Of a stretch of DNA of 63,586 nt, positions 49,706-58,674 are shown piece after piece. The stretch's first letter is position 1. Every line of letters begins with the position of its first letter. The notes beneath the pieces were generated by a model that had not been told where the DNA came from, made no database searches, and saw only the letters and a program-made list of their open reading frames with translations. A program made the translations under genes and the position numbers. Source of the DNA: a bacterium (GTDB taxonomy: Bacteria; JACRDZ01; JAQUKH01); contig JAQUKH010000011.1 of the NCBI GenBank assembly GCA_028719205.1, positions 1-63,586 of the forward strand. Direction: 5' to 3'.

Positions 49706-50374
49706 TTATTGGACTTTAACTGAAGCGTCTTCAATAATTATTCCATATTTATATCCGGCGCCAAAATCTTTATCAGTAGCGACTGTTCCGGTAATAGATA
49801 TTTTGTCATTAGGCTTCGCGGTATCCGCTGTTGTTATAGTAATATCGTTTGTCCCTTGAGCGCCCGTACCATCCTGCAAATGTATCCAGTTTTTTCCCAT
49901 AACTCCCATATTAACTTTTATAACATTTCCAAATACCGTGACATTTTTACCATTAAGTTCAGCTTTTTTAGCATAAATTTCAGCAACTGATAATGTTATA
50001 GGTGAACTTGCTTCTTTATTTTCAGTGCTTGGCGCAGTTACTGCCGGAACTACCGGCGCTGTTACTGTTGCGTCTGCTGGTACTGGTGCTGTCTCTGTTG
50101 CATGTGCCGGTGCTGCTGCTGGAACTGTTGCTTCTGCTGGAACTGTTGCTTCTGCTGGCGCTGCTGCCGGAGCTGTTACTTCTGCTGGCGCTGCTGCCGG
50201 AGCTGTTGCTTCTGCTGGCGCTACTGCCGGTACTGCTGCTGGAGTTGTTACTTCAACTACAGGAGCTTTTACTTCTGCAGCCGGTGCTACCTCTTCTGCT
50301 TTGCTGCCCTTCTGCCACCCGGTTAGCAAAACTCCGGTTATTACTAATCCTAATACTGTTTTAGAAATTTTCAT
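49706..50374 (-). CDS. Exported protein with Ala/Pro/Thr-rich linker and C-terminal OB-fold-like domain
   Basis: Signal peptide; APAEAT repeats; VIKVNMGVMGKNWIHLQDGTG and DKDFGAGYKY..IIEDA motifs. Confidence 0.8.
   Translation of the reverse strand: MKISKTVLGLVITGVLLTGWQKGSKAEEVAPAAEVKAPVVEVTTPAAVPAVAPAEATAPAAAPAEVTAPAAAPAEATVPAEATVPAAAPAHATETAPVPADATVTAPVVPAVTAPSTENKEASSPITLSVAEIYAKKAELNGKNVTVFGNVIKVNMGVMGKNWIHLQDGTGAQGTNDITITTADTAKPNDKISITGTVATDKDFGAGYKYGIIIEDASVKVQ
50105..50240 (-). repeat. Intragenic tandem repeats (30-bp and 18-bp units) encoding APAAAPAE[AV]T / VPAEAT
   Basis: ctgctgccggagctgtt(a/g)cttctgctggcg units and tgctggaactgttgcttc x2. Confidence 0.8.
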
Positions 50375-50515
50375 GTAAAATATCTCCTTTCAAGATGTTT
50401 AAAAAACGTTAGAATTATATCATAATATTCGGAATATAATACAAAATATTAGAATAAAAGTCAAATAAAATAATTCCTGACTAAAATAATCCTTGACCTT
50501 AATAAATTTTACTTA

Positions 50516-50583
50516 TAAACTTGAGTTAAACGGTTCCGATTTATCGGGATCCGCTTTTACTCATTGTTATCCTCGTAGGGGAT
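50516..50583 (+). repeat. 68-bp dispersed two-hairpin element, copy 1
   Basis: 63/68 identical to the reverse complement of 62484-62551. Confidence 0.9.
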
Positions 50584-50596
50584 ATTATCTAAAATT

Positions 50597-51526
50597 ATGC
50601 GGACCGGACTAATTTATCACCCCGATTTTTTAAAACACGATACAGGGCATCACCCGGAGAACAAACTTCGTTTAACAAAAACACTGGAATATTTAGATAA
50701 AATTGGATTATTAAATAAATTAGCGAATATTCCTTTTGATACCGCGAATGAAAAAGATTTAGAACTTATCCACAGCAGGGAACAAATTGAAACAGTCAAA
50801 AATGCCTATTCTCAAGGAATAAATCTTCTCGATCCGGATACTCCAATATGTGAAAAATCGTTTTCCATTGCTTTGCTGGCAGTAGGTGGAGTTTTAAAAG
50901 CAGTAAAAGAAGCCGCCGAAGGAAAATTGAAAAATGCCTTTTGTCTTGTCAGGCCTCCGGGGCATCATTCTACACCTTCACGCAGTATGGGTTTTTGCCT
51001 TTTTAATAATGTGGCAATTGCCGCAAGATATCTTCAGAAAAATCTTGATCATCAAAGGATTTTAATTATTGACTGGGATGCCCATCATGGCAACGGCACA
51101 CAAGAAGCATTCTACAACGACCCGTCGGTCTTATATTTCTCTACCCACCATTATCCCTTTTATCCAGGAACAGGAAGTTCTGAAGAAAAAGGTTCTAAAA
51201 GTGGTTTTGGCTACAATATAAATGTTCCTTTATCTTCCGGAAGCGGTGACAAAGAGTATGTTTCAGCCTTTGAAAAAATTCTGGTTCCGGCCGCGGAAAA
51301 TTTTAAACCGGAATTTATCCTGATATCTGCCGGATTCGACGCGCATATTGAAGACCCCCTGGGAGGTATGGCCGTGACAGACGAAGGATTTAAAACTTTA
51401 ACTGAAATTACGCTGGATATTGCTGATAAATACTGCAATAATAAAATAGTCTCTGTTTTGGAAGGAGGATACAATTTGAAGACTCTGCCAAAAACGATCG
51501 CGGCGCATTTAGAGGTTTTAATATGA
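50597..51526 (+). CDS. Histone deacetylase family (class II-like) protein
   Basis: HPE..R, RPPGHH, GFCLFNN, DWDAHHGNG, SAGFD, LEGGY. Confidence 0.95.
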   Translation: MRTGLIYHPDFLKHDTGHHPENKLRLTKTLEYLDKIGLLNKLANIPFDTANEKDLELIHSREQIETVKNAYSQGINLLDPDTPICEKSFSIALLAVGGVLKAVKEAAEGKLKNAFCLVRPPGHHSTPSRSMGFCLFNNVAIAARYLQKNLDHQRILIIDWDAHHGNGTQEAFYNDPSVLYFSTHHYPFYPGTGSSEEKGSKSGFGYNINVPLSSGSGDKEYVSAFEKILVPAAENFKPEFILISAGFDAHIEDPLGGMAVTDEGFKTLTEITLDIADKYCNNKIVSVLEGGYNLKTLPKTIAAHLEVLI

Positions 51527-51747
51527 TAAAAGAATTTACATATCAAACAATTCTGGGACGTCCTATACTTTTGTGGCTTGGGCTTGGAACATTTTCCAGT
51601 GTTTATTTCACTGCCTCAATCGCATTTTTAAATAAAAAAGGAATTCATAGAATTCCTTTTTCTCTGCATCCTAAAATGGCGTTATTCTCACTTATTCTCG
51701 CATTTTTCCACGCACTGCTGGCTCTTTCACTTTTTTTAAATTTCTAA
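51523..51747 (+). CDS. Small two-TM membrane protein
   Basis: ATGA overlap with the HDAC gene; two hydrophobic helices with His residues. Confidence 0.65.
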   Translation: MIKEFTYQTILGRPILLWLGLGTFSSVYFTASIAFLNKKGIHRIPFSLHPKMALFSLILAFFHALLALSLFLNF

Positions 51748-51758
51748 AATAATTTGTC

Positions 51759-52757
51759 TTATTTCAAATTTATTTCAAATTTTTTTGAATCCTTATAAAG
51801 ATATTCCGCGAACATCTTACTGTAATTTGTCCATGAGGAATCATTGTCGACCGTATAACTATTAGTAAACCAATGGAAACCGTTGACCTTTGCGTCAATA
51901 TTATCAATATGGTGGAGCATAACAGCCTCCAGGCATTTGGGGCGCCGCGGCGAACCCCATTCATATTCTCCGTGATGGCTTAAAATAAGATGAAGTATCA
52001 GATCCCTTAATTCCCCGGGAAACCCGGTAATTTCAGATATTTTTTTTTCAATAATTCCCGCGCCGATAACAATATGGCCGATAAATTTTCCGCGGTCGGT
52101 ATAGTTAAAAGAACGCTCGTAACTTAACTCTTCGGTTTTTCCGATATCATGAAGGATACAGCAGGTTAATAATAATTCCTCATTAACCGCGTTCGGATAA
52201 TGGTTTATTATTGCCTTTGCCAATTTTACAAGGCTCAATGAATGTTCCAGCAATCCGCCCAAATATGGATGATGGAAATCGGTAGCCGCCGGGCATTTCT
52301 TAAAAACCTCAGTGAATTTTTCATTCGCGAAAATATTTTCCAGAAGTTTCCGGCAAAAAGGATTTTTTATTCCGGCAATGATCTCCTGAAGTTCATTGTA
52401 CATTTTCCCGGTATTAAAAGGTGAAACCGGCAAATAATTTTCCAATTTAACTGTTTTCTCTTCTTCCTCATTCAAAGGACGGCATGACGTAACCTTTATC
52501 TGGGGATAACCTTTAAAAAAATCGACCGAACCTTCTATACCCAAAAACTTATCCACCAATAATTTTTTATAAAATGCTTCGCTGGCGTCCCAGACCTTGG
52601 CATCAACCTTCCCTGTTCTATCCACCAGTTCAAGTGAAGCATAAAAATCGCCTTTTTTTGTCAAACCGCTTGTTTTTTCCCTTAAAAGATAAACAGATAT
52701 GACCTTCTCTCCTTCTTTTAAATCCTTAATAAAACGATGTTCTTTAATTTCTGACAT
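51759..52757 (-). CDS. yhaM: 3'-5' exoribonuclease YhaM/Cbf1 family (OB + HD)
   Basis: D.TG..DAKVW, PAA..FHH...GGLLEHS, LHDIGK, ILSHHG..EWGSP, D.IDAK. Confidence 0.9.
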   Translation of the reverse strand: MSEIKEHRFIKDLKEGEKVISVYLLREKTSGLTKKGDFYASLELVDRTGKVDAKVWDASEAFYKKLLVDKFLGIEGSVDFFKGYPQIKVTSCRPLNEEEEKTVKLENYLPVSPFNTGKMYNELQEIIAGIKNPFCRKLLENIFANEKFTEVFKKCPAATDFHHPYLGGLLEHSLSLVKLAKAIINHYPNAVNEELLLTCCILHDIGKTEELSYERSFNYTDRGKFIGHIVIGAGIIEKKISEITGFPGELRDLILHLILSHHGEYEWGSPRRPKCLEAVMLHHIDNIDAKVNGFHWFTNSYTVDNDSSWTNYSKMFAEYLYKDSKKFEINLK

Positions 52758-52783
52758 TTTTACTCCCCATTAAACTATCCCAG

Positions 52784-52812
52784 ATTATATCTGATAAAAA
52801 TTTAACCGTCAA
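52784..52812 (-). promoter_or_regulatory. sigma70 promoter of yhaM
   Basis: TTGACG-17-TATAAT on the minus strand. Confidence 0.75.
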
Positions 52813-52821
52813 TGTATTAAA

Positions 52822-52866
52822 ACCACCCCTAATCCCCTCCTTGGCAAGGAGGGGACAAGGGGAGGT
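52822..52866. repeat. REP-like GC-rich palindrome
   Basis: acc-a-cccct-aa-[tcccctcctt-ggc-aaggagggga]-ca-agggg-a-ggt. Confidence 0.75.
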
Positions 52867-52877
52867 AATTAAATCCC

Positions 52878-52906
52878 TTGACGTCATATAAAATGTTTAC
52901 TATAAT
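52878..52906 (+). promoter_or_regulatory. sigma70 promoter of the nuoEFG-like operon
   Basis: TTGACG-17-TATAAT. Confidence 0.75.
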
Positions 52907-52958
52907 GAATATTAATCTATATTTGCGGTTGGATTATATCTATTTTACTGTTAAATTT

Positions 52959-53510
52959 ATGGAAAATATAAATATCCCGCTTTCCGAAATAACAGCTATT
53001 AATGAGATCATTAGTACCCACCAAAACGGCATAGGGCCGTTAATCCCTATTTTACAGGATATCCAGGATAAATTTAATTATATATCAGAAGAGGCTTTAG
53101 AAATCATCTCAGAAAAACTCCAGCAGCCGATCGCGCATATTTACGGTGTAGCCAGCTTTCACTACCAGTTCAAATTAAAAATGAAGGGCACAGAAATAAC
53201 TCAGGCGGAATTTTCAGTGAAAATATGTTCAGGATCTCCATGCCATGTACGGGGGGCAAATAAAATAATAGAAAGAATTGAAAAATGTTTAGGAATAAAG
53301 CCCGGCGAGGTCACGAAAGATCACATGTTCAGCTTTGAAATGGTTGACTGCCTCGGCGCCTGCGGAATTTCCCCCGCCATAGCGATCAATGACAAAATAC
53401 ACGGGAAATTAACTCCTGAATCTACAGAGATCCTTTTAAGCAAAATAAAACACCAGGCTGAAATTATTGATATTAAAAAAAGAGCCGCGGAACATAAAAA
53501 TAATGAATAA
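52959..53510 (+). CDS. NuoE/HydC-like 2Fe-2S subunit
   Basis: LIPILQ.IQ..F.Y, CSGSPC, CLGAC..SP. ATG 52959 chosen because the TTG at 52878 is the -35 box. Confidence 0.9.
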   Translation: MENINIPLSEITAINEIISTHQNGIGPLIPILQDIQDKFNYISEEALEIISEKLQQPIAHIYGVASFHYQFKLKMKGTEITQAEFSVKICSGSPCHVRGANKIIERIEKCLGIKPGEVTKDHMFSFEMVDCLGACGISPAIAINDKIHGKLTPESTEILLSKIKHQAEIIDIKKRAAEHKNNE

Positions 53511-55308
53511 TAAAAACTCATTAGACATTCAGATCCTTGTCTGCATGGGAACAAATAGTATCGCTTCCGGCGGGAAGGATGTGTTAGCCGAATTTGAGTC
53601 TCTTTTAAAAAATGATAAGATAGCAGCAACCCTTGGAAAAAGGCCCTGCCATACCGGCCGGACAGGCTGCAGGGGATTATGTTCCAATGACGTGCTGGTG
53701 GATATTATTATGCCTCCCTTCGGCCGGACTACATACGGGCATGTCAGTAAAGAAATGGTCCCAAAAATATTTGAAGAACATATTATTAATCAAAAACCGG
53801 TAAAAGAATGGCTTATCTATACTGAAAAAGAAGAAAGCCCATATGCCTCGTTCTACAATAATCAGACCCGGCTGATCCTGGAACATTGCGGCTATATTGA
53901 TCCCGAAGATATTAATAGTTATATAAAGGCCGGCGGATACAGCGCATTTAAAAAAGCGCTGACAATGCAGCCAAAAGATATTGTCGAGGTTATTAAAAGA
54001 TCCAGGCTTCGCGGGCGGGGCGGAGCGGGATTTCCAACCGGTGAAAAATGGGAAATTACTTTAAATACCCCATCGGACCAGAAATATGTAATTTGTAACG
54101 CGGAAGAATGCGATCCCGGAACGTTTAAAGACAGGAGCTTACTCGAAGGTGACCCGCACCAGGTAATTGAGGGAATAATTATCGCGGGTTTCGCAGCGGG
54201 AGCTGATACAGGATTTATTGTTATCAATCCCGACTACAATCTCGCGATCGAACGAGTCGACAAAGCCATCCGGCAGGCTGAGGAAATGAATTTTCTAGGG
54301 GAAAAAATACTTAATACGGGTTTTAATTTTAAACTTATACGCAGGCGCGGGGTAAAAACTTTTATCTGCGGAAAATCCACGGCGCTCATTAAAACCTTAG
54401 AAGGCGAACGCGGTTTTCCGGAGCTTACCCCTCCCCATTCCGCGGAAAAAGGCCTGCTCGGGAAACCTACAATCTTAAACAATACAGAAACCTTTTCCAA
54501 TATCAGCATAATTATTTCGAAGGGCGCTGATTTTTACGCGAATATAGGAACAGAAAAAAGTAAAGGGACTAAAATATTTTCTCTGGCAGGCAAAGTAAAA
54601 AATGTAGGCCTCGTGGAAGTCCCAATGGGAACAACTCTGAAAAAGATCATTTATGATATCGGAGGCGGAACCATTAAAAGAAGAAAATTCAAAGCGGTTC
54701 AGGTAGGCGGGCCTCTAGGCGGGTGTTTTCCGGAAAGTATGCTTGAAACTGTTATTGATTATGAAGCTTTAAAAGAAGCAGGAACCACCATAGGTTCAGG
54801 CGGGCTGGTCGTAATGGATGACAAAACCTGTATGGTGGATCTCGCTAAACACTACCTTGAATTTACACAGGAACAGTCCTGCGGAAAATGCGCCACCTGC
54901 CGCCTCGGAACTGAAGTCCTTTTTGAAACACTTAAAAAAATAACTGAGGGTAAGGGAACTCCCGAGGATATTCAGGTCTTAAAAACCTTAAGTAAAGACA
55001 TACAGGATTTTTCTTTGTGCGGTTTGGGAAAAACCGCCCCTAATCCGGTTCTAACCACTATTAAATATTTTTATGAAGAATATGAAGAACATATAAACAA
55101 TAAAATATGCCGGGCCAGAACCTGCAGAAGCCTTTTAAAATTTAAGATCGATGAAACCTTATGCAGGAAATGCGGACTTTGTTTCAAAAAAGCCTGCAAA
55201 TTCAATGCTATTGAATGGGCACCAAAAAATTCCGCGCGGATAAAACTGGAAAATTGCGTAAGATGCTGCGCGTGCGTGGATATTTGCGAATATAACGCGA
55301 TATATTAA
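53503..55308 (+). CDS. NuoF/HydB-like FMN/NAD(P)H-binding subunit with 2x[4Fe-4S] C-terminus
   Basis: LRGRGGAGFPTG.KW, CNAEECDPG, NNTET, GGPLGG, SCGKC..C, LCGLG, two CxxCxxC motifs. Confidence 0.92.
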   Translation: MNNKNSLDIQILVCMGTNSIASGGKDVLAEFESLLKNDKIAATLGKRPCHTGRTGCRGLCSNDVLVDIIMPPFGRTTYGHVSKEMVPKIFEEHIINQKPVKEWLIYTEKEESPYASFYNNQTRLILEHCGYIDPEDINSYIKAGGYSAFKKALTMQPKDIVEVIKRSRLRGRGGAGFPTGEKWEITLNTPSDQKYVICNAEECDPGTFKDRSLLEGDPHQVIEGIIIAGFAAGADTGFIVINPDYNLAIERVDKAIRQAEEMNFLGEKILNTGFNFKLIRRRGVKTFICGKSTALIKTLEGERGFPELTPPHSAEKGLLGKPTILNNTETFSNISIIISKGADFYANIGTEKSKGTKIFSLAGKVKNVGLVEVPMGTTLKKIIYDIGGGTIKRRKFKAVQVGGPLGGCFPESMLETVIDYEALKEAGTTIGSGGLVVMDDKTCMVDLAKHYLEFTQEQSCGKCATCRLGTEVLFETLKKITEGKGTPEDIQVLKTLSKDIQDFSLCGLGKTAPNPVLTTIKYFYEEYEEHINNKICRARTCRSLLKFKIDETLCRKCGLCFKKACKFNAIEWAPKNSARIKLENCVRCCACVDICEYNAIY

Positions 55309-55312
55309 AACC

Positions 55313-57979
55313 ATGATAAATTTAACAATAGATAACAAAAAAATTTCAGTCCCAAAAGGAACAAAGATCATTGAAGCCGCGAAAAAAGCGGGTATCGACA
55401 TCCCCCATCTGTGCCACCATACCGGGCTTGAACCGTTCGGCGGATGCCGGCTATGCGTAGTGGAAGTTGAAGGCACGCATGAACTGGTGTCTTCCTGTGT
55501 TATGCCCGTCGAAGAAAATATGGTTGTTTTAACTTCTACTCCAAGGATCAATAAAGCCAGACAAACAATAATAGAACTTCTGCTTTTAAACCACCCGATG
55601 GACTGCCTGGTATGTGAACGATGCGGCGACTGCCGCCTGCAGGACCTGGCATACCGCCTTAAAGTAAATTTTAATGTTTATAAAATGGAAAAACGGGTCA
55701 CTCCAGCTGCTCAAATAAAAGGAATAATAGAGATCAATCCTAAAAAATGCACGCATTGCGGCCTTTGCGTCCGCGCCTGCAGGGAGATCCGCATGGTCGG
55801 CGCGATCGATTTTTCTTACCGCGGATTTAAAACTGAGGTCGGAACACCTTTCAGGAAAAGTATTGACTGTGAATTTTGCGGACAATGCATATCGATCTGT
55901 CCTGTCGCGGGGGTTATCAGCACCCTTTCAAAATACGACGCGCGCGTTTGGGAAATAGGAAAACATAATACCATCTGCCCTTACTGCGGATGCGGGTGTT
56001 CTATCTCCTTAAATGTAAAGGATCATAAAGTTATTTCTGTTTCTTCCAGAGAGGACCTTGGAATAAACAACGGCAATCTTTGCGCGAAGGGAAGGTTTGG
56101 ATATGATTTTCCGAACAGCCCGTTAAGGCTGACAAATCCGCTTATAAAAAAAGAAGGAATACTTATTGAAACATCCTGGGAAGAAACAATAAAATTCAGC
56201 GCGAATAAATTCCGCGAGATAAAAGAAAAATACGGGCCTGATTCCATAGCGGGAATAATATCCGCCAGGTGCACTAATGAAGAGGTATATCTTTTCCAGA
56301 AATTTATGAGAATTGTCATCGGAACAAATAATATAGATAATTCTTCGCGCCTTGAGAACGGAGCTAATATTGATATTCTTAGCTCCATGCTTGGTTATCC
56401 GGCTATGACTAATCCGATGAATGACCTCTTGATATCAGAGGTTATTGTTGTCATAGGCGCCAATCCGGTTGAAAGCCAGTCTATCGCCGCATTAAAAATA
56501 AAAGGCGCCGTTAAAAGATCCAATGCCAAACTCATTTTGATAGATCCGAGAAAAACTAAACTTAATTCTTTTGCCAGACTTTGGCTCTCTCCCAATATTC
56601 AAACTGACTCTATTTTACTGAACGTGATCTCAAAAATTATAATTGATGAAAACCTGCATAATAAAGAGTTCATTAAAGAAAACAGCACAGGATTTGAAGA
56701 ACTAAGATCATCTATTAATAATATTTCGATAAAAGATGTTTCTAAAATCACTGATATTCCTGAAGAAAAAATATTCGAGGCCGCGAGGCTTATAGGAAAA
56801 AGTAAAAAAACAGCATTTGTTTACGGTTCAGGCGTTACACAGCAAAAATATTCTACTGAAACTGTAAAAGCAATTGTTAACCTCAGCCTCCTGACCGGAA
56901 ATATAGGAAAAGAAGGAACCGGAGTTTATCCTTTAAAAGGTTATAATAACTCACAGGGAGCCTGTGATATGGGCGCGCTGCCTGAATATCTTCCCGGGTA
57001 CCGGAAATTTGACGATCCGGCGGCACAAACAAAATTCAGTTCTATCTGGGGAAAAGAGCTCCCAAAAACTCCGGGGATAACTTACCATCAGATATTCGGC
57101 AAGATCATGGAGAAAAAGATCAGGGCGGTTTACATTATAGGCGACGACCCTATCGCGTCTTTCCCTGACACGGAATTCCTGAAACTTACATTGATTAAAC
57201 TTGATTTTATTGTAATGAATGATCTGTTCCTGAACAATACCACCCCTTACGCGAATATAGTTTTTCCAGCAGCAAGTTTTACGGAAAAAGAAGGAACATA
57301 CACAAATATGGAAAGGCGCGTTCAAAACTTTAAATCCGCGCTAAAACCCGGAAAAAATATAAAAACAGATTCCGAAATAATCGGGCTTCTTTCAAAAGAA
57401 CTCGGTTATCCGCTGGATCCTTCAGTTAAAAATATAAGAAAAGAGATTTCCGAACTGGTGCCGGACTACCAGGGATTAGATGTTAATCCATTTCCCCAAA
57501 AAGGGATCCAATGGCCCTTTTCTAAAACAAATACTGACGGAACACCTGTTCTTTATACTGACAAAAAAAACAAATTCACTTTTATTATCCCTGAGAATTT
57601 ATCTTTTGTTCAAAAAGAAAATACAGAATATCCGTTTATACTTTTATCCGGCGGATCATTGTTCCACAGCCACAGCGGCGCGATGACGAGAAATTCCAAA
57701 GGGCTGCATGAAGTTTGCCCTGAAGGATTTGTCGGTATAAATCCAAATGACGCTGAAAACCTTAAGGCTATAGATTCTGAATTGATCCGGATCAGCTCAG
57801 GATCAGGCTCAACAACAGTAAAAGTTCATTTGGATAATAATATACCGCGGGGCATATTATTCGCGCCCGTGCATTTTTTTGAAGAAATGCATATCAATAA
57901 CCTTTTCCCCTGGGAACTAAATCCTGTATCCAAAAGCCTTATAAATAAATCAACCCGGGTAAAAATAGAAAAAATATAA
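55313..57979 (+). CDS. NuoG/FdhA-like molybdopterin-oxidoreductase-fold subunit, apparently non-catalytic
   Basis: N-terminal 2Fe-2S, HxxxCxxC, 2x4Fe-4S, CPYCGCGC/LCAKG, EKEGTYTN.ERR. The catalytic position reads SRLENGA rather than ARL[C/U]H. Confidence 0.88.
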   Translation: MINLTIDNKKISVPKGTKIIEAAKKAGIDIPHLCHHTGLEPFGGCRLCVVEVEGTHELVSSCVMPVEENMVVLTSTPRINKARQTIIELLLLNHPMDCLVCERCGDCRLQDLAYRLKVNFNVYKMEKRVTPAAQIKGIIEINPKKCTHCGLCVRACREIRMVGAIDFSYRGFKTEVGTPFRKSIDCEFCGQCISICPVAGVISTLSKYDARVWEIGKHNTICPYCGCGCSISLNVKDHKVISVSSREDLGINNGNLCAKGRFGYDFPNSPLRLTNPLIKKEGILIETSWEETIKFSANKFREIKEKYGPDSIAGIISARCTNEEVYLFQKFMRIVIGTNNIDNSSRLENGANIDILSSMLGYPAMTNPMNDLLISEVIVVIGANPVESQSIAALKIKGAVKRSNAKLILIDPRKTKLNSFARLWLSPNIQTDSILLNVISKIIIDENLHNKEFIKENSTGFEELRSSINNISIKDVSKITDIPEEKIFEAARLIGKSKKTAFVYGSGVTQQKYSTETVKAIVNLSLLTGNIGKEGTGVYPLKGYNNSQGACDMGALPEYLPGYRKFDDPAAQTKFSSIWGKELPKTPGITYHQIFGKIMEKKIRAVYIIGDDPIASFPDTEFLKLTLIKLDFIVMNDLFLNNTTPYANIVFPAASFTEKEGTYTNMERRVQNFKSALKPGKNIKTDSEIIGLLSKELGYPLDPSVKNIRKEISELVPDYQGLDVNPFPQKGIQWPFSKTNTDGTPVLYTDKKNKFTFIIPENLSFVQKENTEYPFILLSGGSLFHSHSGAMTRNSKGLHEVCPEGFVGINPNDAENLKAIDSELIRISSGSGSTTVKVHLDNNIPRGILFAPVHFFEEMHINNLFPWELNPVSKSLINKSTRVKIEKI

Positions 57980-57993
57980 AATATTATTTTTAT

Positions 57994-58545
57994 TTATGGT
58001 TTTATTTTTTCCGTCATAATATAATCAGCGTTTTTCGCTTTGCTGTGACAATCAATACATTCTTTTACTTTGCCTTCAGCAAGTATTTCAAAAGCAGGAT
58101 CATATTTTATCCATAGCCAATCACCGGCGGCAGGATCAAAACCTTTAACTTTATACATAACAGTAATTGCCATTAATTTTTTATCAGCTGAATAATTTTC
58201 TTTTACTATCATAGCCCCGTCCTGCATATCTTTTTTTTCAGTCAGTGAATCAAGCGCAATTTTATTTACATAAAGTGTTAAAAAAGAGCCGTGAGGTTCC
58301 TTACCCGCGTAAAGCTTTTCTTTACCTGGCCACATTTCCCAATTAGTATAAGTGCCGCATTTTGTTATAAAATACCGGACATCACCAGCTGACGGGCGCG
58401 GCCTGTCCATGATCAAACAATAATATGATTTCCCTTCTTTGGTTTTCGCATCCATTCCATGGCTTAGGCCTATATCTGCGGAAAATACCGCTAGCTGCAC
58501 CCCTAAAACCAAAATTAATAATAAACCCAGCATATACTTTTTCAT
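57994..58545 (-). CDS. Cytochrome P460 family c-type cytochrome
   Basis: Signal peptide; GAMIVKENY (putative cross-link Lys), VMYK, GDW.W, C-terminal CIDCH. Confidence 0.8.
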   Translation of the reverse strand: MKKYMLGLLLILVLGVQLAVFSADIGLSHGMDAKTKEGKSYYCLIMDRPRPSAGDVRYFITKCGTYTNWEMWPGKEKLYAGKEPHGSFLTLYVNKIALDSLTEKKDMQDGAMIVKENYSADKKLMAITVMYKVKGFDPAAGDWLWIKYDPAFEILAEGKVKECIDCHSKAKNADYIMTEKIKP

Positions 58546-58674
58546 ATTTCTGCCTCCTTATATTTTTCCCTCAGTCTTAATTTTATAACATATTTATTAT
58601 TTGTAAAGCTTTTTTATTCCACATTTTATTGATAAAAAACCAGGATCTATAGTATACTAACAATAAAAACTATT

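Noticed and set aside
50105-50240. CRISPR-like array
   Set aside because: Tandem coding repeats with no unique spacers and no cas genes.
52878-52958. N-terminal extension of NuoE from TTG 52878
   Set aside because: That TTG is the -35 box of a consensus promoter; the protein more plausibly starts at ATG 52959.
56330-56370. Selenocysteine recoding in the FdhA-like gene
   Set aside because: The ORF is uninterrupted and the expected position is a GAG (Glu) codon, not TGA.
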